A stretch of DNA of 53,947 nucleotides from Nemertoderma westbladi (lineage: Eukaryota > Animalia > Xenacoelomorpha). The position numbers and the translations under genes were made by a program. Shown in pieces: positions 35,030 to 46,028 of this stretch. The stretch's first letter is position 1, and each line of letters starts with the position of its first letter. The notes below the pieces were generated by a model. It worked only from the letters and a program-made list of their open reading frames with translations. It was not told the DNA's origin and did no database searches. The DNA lies in assembly GCA_032718475.1 (NCBI GenBank), contig JAUCBJ010007308.1:1-53947 (forward strand). The letters run 5' to 3'.

Positions 35030-35650
35030 ACTATTTACATCATTGTGTGCAAAGTAGCACTTTGCAGCGTTACGACCCGAGTTTATTTATGTACCAAGCG
35101 AGCGCAGCGAGGGAGGTTTACATAAATAAACAAGGGTCTTTAACGCTGAAAAGTCACCTTTGCAAGCAATGATCTATGTAATTTTGTTACATTATGTCAA
35201 CTTATCAGAGTTCGGTATGTGAAGAAAGGATTTTATTGATACTCATTTATACATTTCAATCATCTACTATATCGAATATAAGTGAAATTTATTAACAGGT
35301 ACACAGTATCCGTTCGGTTTTACTGAACACTGTCGCCATTTTCTTTGGTCATTTTATTGTCTTCTATTGGACGTTTCGCCATAAGTGGATTACAGTAGGG
35401 CCTACACGATAAACAATTATTTACATACAGTAGCTAGTCCCGTCACTGTAGCAAACTGGATAATAAAGAAGCACTCATTAACATTAATGGAAATAATACA
35501 TTCTGGAATACGGTAATTTAAGTTGTTTCCATGTCATTGATTACTTTGCAGCGTTCCGTCCTAAAGGCCGCAACGCTGCAAGGTAGTTCTTTGCAGCGTT
35601 ACGAGTAATTCACCAGAAGGCTGTTAAGTTGACATAATGTAACAATTTAC
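35030..35650. mobile_element. Non-autonomous hairpin-ended element, Crypton-like (second copy at ~47215-47875)
   Basis: ~130-bp imperfect hairpin at 35041-35171 centred on GCGAGCGCAGCGAG, and a 21-bp inverted pair TTGTTACATTATGTCAACTTA (from 35183) / TAAGTTGACATAATGTAACAA (to ~35645). The superfamily call is by resemblance only. Confidence 0.5.
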
Positions 35651-36293
35651 CGGCGGTAAATAATTAATATTTTAACAATAAAATATTATTACTATATGAA
35701 CTGACATGGAACTCCAATGGCACAGAAGATTGGATGACATATTTTTGAATATGTCAGCAATAAGTCCTACATATTGTAGCATTTTAATAAATTTAATAAA
35801 AACCGTCACAAAACCCTATATTATTATTATTACTTACTATTCCAGCACAAAATTAAATATAACCTACCACCGCAATATAATCAGATATAACAAAGTAATA
35901 AATATATATAAACTAGCTACTCACTCCTTAAAAATCCGAAATAATGTAAGAAAGAAATCTAATATAATTCATTTACTAAAACTGCAAAATACAGAGAGAA
36001 ACCAAAATTATTGTTTTAAACGATTTTATAAAAAATGTCATAAAAAACCTTCACCGCGCCGAACGCAAAGGGAAAAATTAAACTTATACTGAATATATTA
36101 TTATATAGAGTTATATACCCAACTCACAACTGCAGGGCCAAATGTCCTTAGCGATAATATTATGTAGAAAAATACAATAAATAGAATGTAAACTGGTTTC
36201 CACAATAATAAGTGATGAAAGAGAACAAATTGATTGTACAATTTACTGTACAATATGTAATTTTATTAGTTTAGGAGTCTATCGTTCTATTTA

Positions 36294-36500
36294 TTAATTT
36301 TCGCCAACCTTTGTATTTATCTCGGCTATCCAGGACTCGATCTGCGGCGCGACGACTTCGTTGCGTTTCAGGTAGAAGTGTTTGAGTACGACGTCCCGGA
36401 AACATTCCGGGGATTCCGAACCTGCTCCAACATGGCCCATCGTGCGGTAGCGAACCGGATGTTGTTGGCGTCTTCTAGAACACGTCTGAGTATTCTCCAT
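36294..36500 (-). pseudogene. BIRC6: BIRC6/BRUCE-like UBC-domain C-terminal fragment, frameshifted (copy 1)
   Basis: Two frames join as ANNIRFATARWAMLEQVRNP / PECFRDVVLKHFYLKRNEVVAPQIESWIAEI, compared with BIRC6 as recalled: [48 protein letters not shown]. Confidence 0.85.
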
Positions 36501-38195
36501 TGTTGGTGTCCGCTCGAGACAGTCGTTCCAAATCCCTTTAATCCCAAGACTCGTGGTCTCCCGCTAAGCGGCGCTGATAAACCTTTCCATCGGTTACAAC
36601 TCAGTCTGTGGGTTTCTTGAACGGCCGACCGCGGTTCCTCTTGAGTAAACCTGAGTAAATGAATTTAAATAATAAGTTAATTAATAAGTTAAGCCTTCTT
36701 ATAGTAAGTCTAGCTACGTAGTAATTAATATGATTATGTACGGGATTATTATAATTAAATTACCTTTGCTTTGAATTGATTAATAGTCCTTTTGGGGTCC
36801 CAACATTTCAATATAATCCATTCGGAACTGCCGTTGTTATGTTAATTATTGTAATGCGACGTCTCTATAATAAAGCAGATAATATTTAAGCCTACCGGTA
36901 TGAATAAACAAACTATAATAATACTGGAATACAAAACTAAACAATAAATAATAACTTAACTAGAAAGTCAAGCTTAAACTATACCGAATGAAATAATACA
37001 AAGCCGGTTGGTTGAAAGCCTATTATATTAATATGGAGACACAGAGAGTATTGTTATTGAAGTAATTATATGTCTGGAGGGAGGAATGACCCCAAGTCTT
37101 TGTATAATAGCCGACCTACTCACCGACCGGCATTCAATTAATAATAAAATGCTTCTACGGCTACGGTACAGTACAACCAATGAGTACATTGAATATTAGT
37201 TGAAGGCAATGGACGAATAGCAGCGTAAAGTTAAATTGCAACAGAGGTGAATGAAAACCGAAAGAAATAGGCCACGGTCACTCAGGTAAGCAAGCCTGAA
37301 TGATATGTAAGTATGACAAGGGCTTGAAGTATTGGCTACCCCGCCCATATACTATAGTAACTGTATGAGATTTCATCTTAATTCCCGCTTTGAGGTTATG
37401 AAAGATGATGTTATTCTCACTTTTTAGCTGTTATTTAGGTGAAACAAAGCATAAGAAGAGTACGTAAATAAATACTTGATATTTTCACTTAATTAACAGC
37501 AGAAATGTGTTGGAATTGAAGTTATTAATTTTTGTAGATTACTTACTCGAGAAATGTGTCAAAGACATTTTTGAAAATTAAAGACATTTTTGTGAAAGTG
37601 TTTTTTGACAAGGTGTCTAAGCCAGCCAATGGGGATAGCTGAATTGACATTATGTTTTTTTTGCAATATTGCCCCATAGAATAACATGGAGTAACCATAG
37701 TAATACCATGGTAAGGGCCAGTCCGGTCGCATATAAATTAATAATGTCTCCAGCGGCTGCACCCCCCCGGCCGTCTCTCTCTCTGCTGCCTCTAGCGTCG
37801 GTAGTAAATTCATACTGTGCCACATGGTGGTGTGTAACACTATTCCTATTGTAAGTACAATGAATGTGGAAGGGATGGATAAGGCAATAATTATTCTATC
37901 ATAGGAGAAGGGGAATATTATATGTTGATGTGGGCAGGGAATAATGCCGGTGGTTGGGTTATATTGTTAAAGTAATGAAAAGTTTAAAGGTCTGTATGTT
38001 CGGTTGTTGTGGATGAAAAATGCTGATTTAAAGTTCTTTAGATTCACTGTAAATTGATCTTTCTATTCATACCAAGAACTAACAATCAGAATCAAGAATA
38101 ACCTTATTTGAAAAATTTATTATTTATATATGTGCGATATGCAATGCCATTGGTTTCAATATCGATTACAATACCAATATCGGTTATTGGTATTG

Positions 38196-38948
38196 GTTAC
38201 TGGTACTGGTACTGGTACTTGTACTTGTACTTGTACTTGTACTTGTACTTGTACTTGTACTTGTACTTGTACTTGTACTTGTACTTGTACTTGTACTTGT
38301 AGTTGTACTTGTACTTGTACTTGTACTTGTACTACTTGTACTTGTACTTGTTCTTGTACTTGTACTTGTACTTGTACTTGTACTTGTTCTTGTTTTTGTA
38401 CTTGTACTTGTTCTTGTACTTGTACTTCTACTTGTACTTGTACTTGTACTGGTACTTGTACTTGTACTTGTACTACTTGTACTTGTTCTTGTACTTGTAC
38501 TTGTACTTGTTCTTGTTTTTGTACTTGTACTTGTACTTGTACTTGTACTTGTACTTGTACGTGTACTTGTACTTGTACTTGTACTACTTGTACTACTTGT
38601 ACTTGTACTTGTACTTGTTCTTGTACTTGTACTTGTACTTGTACTTGTACTTGTTCTTGTTTTTGTACTTGTACTTGTACTTGTACTTGTTCTTGTACTT
38701 GTACTTGTACTTCTACTTGTACTTGTACTTGTACTGGTACTGGTACTGGTACTTGTACTGGTACTTGTACTGGTACTTGTACTTGTACTTGTACTTCTAC
38801 TTGTACTTGTACTGGTACTGGTACTTGTACTTGTACTGGTACTTGTACTGGTACTTGTACTTGTACTGGTGCTTGTACTTGAACTTGTACTTCTACTTGT
38901 ACTTGTACATGTAATTGTACTTGTACGTGTACTTGTACTTGTACTTGC
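38196..38948. repeat. (TACTTG)n / (TACTGG)n hexamer array
   Basis: Directly visible. It ends with the same AACTTG..TACATGTAATTG..TACGTG variant string as the 28-30 kb array. Confidence 0.97.
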
Positions 38949-41900
38949 ATTGTAGTGCCCGGTCGTCCGGACATCCGGGCGACTTTGGAACGGACAAATA
39001 GTCGGACAGACAAGATTAATAGACGCCCAGAATTACAGAATTCCGGGCAGTAATTTGGACAAATTTGCCCGGAAATCCGGACATTTTGCAGGATTTTTGT
39101 ATGTCTGGGCTTTGTAGTGCCCGGTCGTCCGGAAATCCGGGCGACTTTGGAACGGACAAATAGTCGGACAGACAAAATTAATGGACGCCCACATTTACTG
39201 AATTCCGAACAGTAATTTGGATATATTTGCCCGGAAATCCGGACATTTTGCCGGATTTATTGATGTCCGGGCATTCTAGTGCCCGGTCGCCCGGACATCC
39301 GGGCGACTTTGGAACGGACAAATAGTCGGACAGACAAGATTAATGGACGCCCACATTTACTGAATTCCGAACAGTAATTTGGACAAATTTGCCCGGAAAT
39401 CCGGACATATTGGCCGGATTTTTGGATGTCAGGGCATACTAGTGCCCGGGCGTCCGGACATCCGGGCAACTTTGGAACGGACAAATAGTCGGACAGACAA
39501 GATTAAATGGACGCCTAGAATTACAGAATTCCGAACAGTAATTTATACATATTTGCCCGGAAATCCTGACATATTGGCCGGATTTTTGGCTGTCCGGGCA
39601 TTCTAGTGCCCGGGCGTCCGGACATCCGGGCGACTTTGGAACAGGCAAATAGTCGGACAGACAAGATTAATGGACGCCCAGATTTACTGAATTCCGAACA
39701 GTAATTTGGAGAAATTTGCCCGGAAATCCGGACATATTGGCCGGAGTTTTGGATGTCCGGGCATTCTAGTGCCCGGGCGTCCGGACATCCGGGCGACTTT
39801 GGAACGGACAAATAGTCGGACAGACATGATTAATGGACGCCTAGATATTACAGAATTCCGAACAGTAATTTATACAAATTTGCCCGGAAATCCGGACATT
39901 TTGGCCGGATTTTTGGCTGTCCGGGCATTCTAGTGCCCGGGCGTCCGGACATCCGGGCGACTTTGGAACTGGCAAATAGTCGGACGGACTAGTTTAATGG
40001 ACGCCCTGATTTACAGAATTCCGAACAGTAATTTGGACAAATTTGCCCGGAAATCCGGACATTTTGCCGGATTTTTGGATGTCCGGGCATTCTAGTGCCC
40101 GGGCGTCCGGACATCCGGGCGACTTTGGAACGGACAAATAGTCGGACGGACTAGTTTAATGGACGCCCAGATTTACTGAATTCCGAACAGTAATTTGGAC
40201 AAATTTGCCCGGAAATTCGGACAATTTGGCCGGATTTTTGGATGTCCGGGCATTCTAGTGCCCGGGCGTCCGGACATCCGGGCGACTTTGGAACGGACAA
40301 ATAGTCGGACAGACAAGATTAATGGACGCCCAGATTTACTGAATTCCGAACAGTAATTTGGACAAATTTGCCCGGAAATCCGGACATTTTGGCCGGATTT
40401 TTGGCTGTCCGGGCATTCTAGTGCCCGGTCGCCCGGACATCCGGGCGACTTTGGAACGGGCAAATAGTCGGACGGACTAGTTTAATGGACGCCCAGATTT
40501 ACTGAATTCCGAACAGTAATTTGGACAAATTTGCCCGGAAATCCGGACATTTTGGCCGGATTTTTGGATGTCCGGGCATTCTAGTGCCCGGGCGTCCGGA
40601 CATCCGGGCGACTTTGGAACGGACAAATAGTCGGACAGACAAGTTTAATGGACGCCCAGATTTACAGAATTCCGAACAGTAATTTGGACAAATTTGCCCG
40701 GAAATCCGGACATTTTGCCGGATTTTTGGATGTCCGGGCATTCTAGTGCCCGGGCGTCCGGACATCCGGGCGACTTTGGAACGGACAAATAGTCGGACAG
40801 ACAAGATTAATGGACGCCCAGATTTACTGAATTCCGAACAGTAATTTGGACAAATTTGCCCGGAAATCCGGACATTTTGCCGGATTTTTGGATGTCCGGG
40901 CATTCTAGTGCCCGGGCGTCCGGACATCCGGGCGACTTTGGAACGGACAAATAGTCGGACAGACAAGATTAATGGACGCCCAGATTTACTGAATTCCGAA
41001 CAGTAATTTGGACAAATTTGCCCGGAAATTCGGACAATTTGGCCGGATTTTTGGATGTCCGGGCATTCTAGTGCCCGGGCGTCCGGACATCCGGGCGACT
41101 TTGGAACGGACAAATAGTCGGACAGACAAGATTAATGGACGCCCAGATTTACTGAATTCCGAACAGTAATTTGGACAAATTTGCCCGGAAATCCGGACAT
41201 TTTGCCGGATTTTTGGATGTCCGGGCATTCTAGTGCCCGGGCGTCCGGACATCCGGGCGACTTTGGAACGGACAAATAGTCGGACAGACAAGATTAATGG
41301 ACGCCCAGATTTACTGAATTCCGAACAGTAATTTGGACAAATTTGCCCGGAAATCCGGACATTTTGCCGGATTTTTGGATGTCCGGGCATTCTAGTGCCC
41401 GGGCGTCCGGACATCCGGGCGACTTTGGAACGGACAAATAGTCGGACAGACAAGATTAATGGACGCCCAGATTTACTGAATTCCGAACAGTAATTTGGAC
41501 AAATTTGCCCGGAAATTCGGACAATTTGGCCGGATTTTTGGCTGTCCGGGCATTCTAGTGCCCGGTCGCCCGGACATCCGGGCGACTTTGGAACGGACAA
41601 ATAGTCGGACAGACAAGATTAATGGACGCCCAGAATTACAGAATTCCGAACAGTAATTTATACAAATTTGCCCGGAAATCCGGACATTTTACCGATTTTT
41701 GGATGTCCGGGCATTCTAGTGCCCGGGCGTCCGGACATCCGGGCGACTTTGGAACGGGCAAATAGTCGGACGGACTAGTTTAATGGACGCCCAGATTTAC
41801 TGAATTCCGAACAGTAATTTGGACAAATTTGCCCGGAAATCCGGACAATTTGGCCGGATTTTTGGCTGTCCGGGCATTCTAGTGCCCGGTCGCCCGGACA

Positions 41901-44900
41901 TCCGGGCGACTTTGGAACGGACAAATAGTCGGACAGACAAGATTAATGGACGCCCAGATTTACAGAATTCCGAACAGTAATTTGGACAAATTTGCCCGGA
42001 AATCCGGACATTTTGCCGATTTTTGGATGTCCGGGCATTCTAGTGCCCGGGCGTCCGGACATCCGGGCGACTTTGGAACGGACAAATAGTCGGACAGACA
42101 AGATTAATGGACGCCCAGATTTACTGAATTCCGAACAGTAATTTGGACAAATTTGCCCGGAAATCCGGACATTTTGACCGGATTTTTGGATGTCCGGGCA
42201 TTCTAGTGCCCGGGCGTCCGGACATCCGGGCGACTTTGGAACGGACAAATAGTCGGACGGACTAGTTTAATGGACGCCCAGATTTACTGAATTCCGAACA
42301 GTAATTTGGACAAATTTGCCCGGAAATCCGGACATTTTGGCCGGATTTTTGGATGTCCGGGCATTCTAGTGCCCGGGCGTCCGGAAATCCGGGCGACTTT
42401 GGAACAGGACAAATAGTCGAACAGACAAGTTTAATGGACGCCCTGATTTACAGAATTCCGAACAGTAATTTGGACAAATTTGCCCGGAAATCCGGACATT
42501 TTGCCGGATTTTTGGATGTCCGGGCATTCTAGTGCCCGGTCGCCCGGACATCCGGGCGACTTTGGAACGGACAAATAGTCGGACAGACAAGATTAATGGA
42601 CGCCCGAATTTACAGAATTCCGAACAGTAATTTGGATCAAATTTGCCCGGAAATCCGGACATTTTGACCGGATTTTTGGATGTCCGGGCATTCTAGTGCC
42701 CGGGCGTCCGGACATCCGGGCGACTTTGGAACGGACAAATAGTCGGACGGACTAGTTTAATGGACGCCCAGATTTACTGAATTCCGAACAGTAATTTGGA
42801 CAAATTTGCCCGGAAATCCGGACATTTTGGCCGGATTTTTGGCTGTCCGGGCATTCTAGTGCCCGGTCGCCCGGACATCCGGGCGACTTTGGAACAGGAC
42901 AAATAGTCGGACAGACAAGTTTAATGGACGCCCTGATTTACAGAATTCCGAACAGTAATTTGGACAAATTTGCCCGGAAATCCGGACATTTTGACCGGAT
43001 TTTTGGATGTCCGGGCATTCTAGTGCCCGGTCGCCCGGACATCCGGGCGACTTTGGAACGGACAAATAGTCGGACAGACAAGATTAATGGACGCCCAATT
43101 TACTGAATTCCGAACAGTAATTTGGACAAATTTGCCCGGAAATCCGGACATTTTGACCGGATTTTTGGATGTCCGGGCATTCTAGTGCCCGGGCGTCCGG
43201 ACATCCGGGCGACTTTGGAACGGACAAATAGTCGGACGGACTAGTTTAATGGACGCCCAGATTTACTGAATTCCGAACAGTAATTTGGACAAATTTGCCC
43301 GGAAATCCGGACATATTTGGCCGGATTTTTGGCTGTCCGGGCATTCTAGTGCCCGGTCGCCCGGACATCCGGGCGACTTTGGAACGGACAAATAGTCGGA
43401 CAGACAAGATTAATGGACGCCTAGAATTACAGAATTCCGAACAGTAATTTATACAAATTTGCCCGGAAATCCGGACATTTTACCGATTTTTGGATGTCCG
43501 GGCATTCTAGTGCCCGGGCGTCCGGACATCCGGGCGACTTTGGAACGGGCAAATAGTCGGACGGACTAGTTTAATGGACGCCCAGATTTACTGAATTCCG
43601 AACAGTAATTTGGACAAATTTGCCCGGAAATCCGGACATTTTGGCCGGATTTTTGGCTGTCCGGGCATTCTAGTGCCCGGTCGCCCGGACATCCGGGCGA
43701 CTTTGGAACGAACAAATAGTCGGACAGACAAGATTAATGGACGCCCAGATTTACTGAATTCCGAACAGTAATTTGGACATATTTGCCCGGAAATCCGGAC
43801 ATTTTGACCGGATTTTTGGATGTCCGGGCATGCTAGTGCCCGGGCGTCCGGACATCCGGGCGACTTTGGAACGGACAAATAGTCGGACGGACAAGTTTAA
43901 TGGACGCCCAGATTTACTGAATTCCGAACAGTAATTTGGACAAATTTGCCCGGAAATCCGGACATTTTGGCCGGATTTTTGGCTGTCCGGGCATTCTAGT
44001 GCCCGGTCGCCCGGACATCCGGGCGACTTTGGAACGGACAAATAGTCGGACAGACAAGATTAATGGACGCCCAGATTTACTGAATTCCGAACAGTAATTT
44101 GGACAAATTTGCCCGGAAATCCGGACATTTTGACCGGATTTTTGGATGTCCGGGCATGCTAGTGCCCGGGCGTCCGGACATCCGGGCGACTTTGGAACGG
44201 GCAAATAGTCGGACGGACTAGTTTAATGGACGCCCAGATTTACTGAATTCCGAACAGTAATTTGGACAAATTTGCCCGGAAATCCGGACATTTTGGCCGG
44301 ATTTTTGGATGTCCGGCATTCTAGTGCCCGGGCGTCCGGACATCCGGGCGACTTTGGAACGGACAAATAGTCGAGACAGACAAATTTAAAGGAAATCCAG
44401 ATTTACAGAATTCCGAACAGTATTTTCGACAAATTGCCGGAAATCCGGACATTTTGGCCGGATTTTTGGATGTCCGGGCATCATAGTGCCCGGTCGTCCG
44501 GACATCCGGGCGACTTTGCAACGGTCAAATAGTCGGACAGACAAGTTTACTGGACGCCATATTTGCAGAATTCCGGACAGTATTTTGGACAAATTCCCGG
44601 AAATCCGGACATTTTGGCCGGATTTTTGGATGTCCGGGCATTCTAGTGCCCGGGCGTCCGGACATCCGGGCGACTTTGGAACAGACAAATAGTCGGAAAG
44701 ACAAGATTAATGGACGCGCAGATTTACAGAATTCGGACAGTAATTTGGACAATTTGCCCGGACATCGGACATTTTGGACGGATTTATGGAAGTTTGGGCA
44801 TCCTAGTGCCCGGACATCCAATCAAACAGACGTCCAGGAAGACTATCGGACCGGACAATGAGCAGACAGACAAAATTAGACAGACAAGCTTGCTAGACGG
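38949..44900 (+). repeat. 162-163-bp CpG/CCGG-rich tandem satellite array, ~36 monomers
   Basis: Monomer CTAGTGCCCGGGCGTCCGGACATCCGGGCGACTTTGGAACGGACAAATAGTCGGACAGACAAGATTAATGGACGCCCAGATTTACTGAATTCCGAACAGTAATTTGGACAAATTTGCCCGGAAATCCGGACATTTTGCCGGATTTTTGGATGTCCGGGCATT. The ORF track repeats at 163-bp offsets; the array edges are degenerate. Confidence 0.98.
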
Positions 44901-45721
44901 ACAGATTTGCAGACATCCAGGACGAGAGAATGTTGAGTTTAAATTATATTTATTTAAATAAAATGCAATTTTCAGTTAAAAAAACATATTACAGCTCAGT
45001 TCCCAAACGCTTAGATAAAAGTTATCATGTGATAATAAATTCTTCTAGTGTGAAATTAACCGCAGATTCCAAATATAGAAACAGTTTTGAAATACGATTT
45101 GTAGTTCTCGCGATATTTGGGTTTAAACACAACGTTTCTTGATATTTTACGAGATTTGAGGTATTTTTTTCTTGGAAAAGGATAAATAATTATTTCTAGT
45201 CCGTATCTGCAACACTTAGAGAAAATTAAACTTGTGATAGTTTTTCTAGCGTCAAATAAGCCACAGATTCCAATTATATAAATCGTTTTAAAATATCTTT
45301 TGTTGTTATGGGGATATTGGGGTTAAACACAACGTCTTTGACATGAATTGAGAAATGAATTGAAAAAAATTACAGTTATTTAAGATTTACTAATTAATTA
45401 TTGGTAATATTATGTCAACAACTAATATAAACCAAATATTTGAAACACACAAAGTTAACATATCAGTTCAGGAAATAAGCAGCTTTACATCACCATTATT
45501 ATGTTAATAATTAATTAATTAGTTCTAGTTAATATAAATTATCAATCGCGAGTCTCCAATACACATTGACATTTCAACTTGGTAGAAACCCATCTCTATG
45601 CAGTGTGTGTAGTATTAGCGGCGTTGTGTAGAGCTTCTTCAATGTCCTAAAAATATTAACAATAATTAAGTTTACATATAGATCGATAATTAGAACTAGA
45701 AAGAAAACATTTTGTTTTCAG

Positions 45722-46028
45722 CTATCTACTTGTGCGACATATAGCAGATGTAATAAAAGATGAAATGTTTGATGACTATGAGATTGGCGCTTTCAAAGTC
45801 GGAGCGCCATGTTTACTATCATTAGCAAGCCATAGATACAATGTAAATCAAATTGTGAAAAAATTCAATCCACCAAGTTTATTTTTTCCTGATAACTTTA
45901 ATTGTTCATATTTAATTTTAGTCATAAATAATATGGACATAGATTCACATATAAGAGGCAATGCATATTGGACCTGTTTACAGAGAGCTTCGGTTAAAGA
46001 CCCATACAAATAAACATTGTCCTAAAGG
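45722..46028 (+). pseudogene. Exon-like fragments of an unidentified gene (two putative exons, the second with a stop)
   Basis: ttttcAG|C TAT CTA... gives YLLVRHIADVIKDEMFDDYEIGAFKVGAPCLLSLASHRYN|GTaaat, then catAG|IHI*EAMHIGPVYRELRLKTHTNKHCPK. A GTAAG donor is present in copy 1 (33846) but mutated in copy 2. Confidence 0.35.

Larger units (their letters stand above)
33637..38200 (+). repeat. Macro-unit copy 1, unique-sequence part (left end cut at the gypsy junction)
   Basis: 33637-37850 is near-identical to 45820-50073 (offset ~12.2 kb). Similarity is lost for ~100-160 bp, then resumes at lower identity (38009-38195 vs 50173-50360). Confidence 0.95.

Noticed and set aside
38108-39175. Poly-CT, poly-QV and poly-YL ORFs
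   Set aside because: Same microsatellite artefact.
38949-44900. CRISPR-like regular array
   Set aside because: The whole monomer repeats with no unique spacers, there are no cas genes, and the context is eukaryotic.
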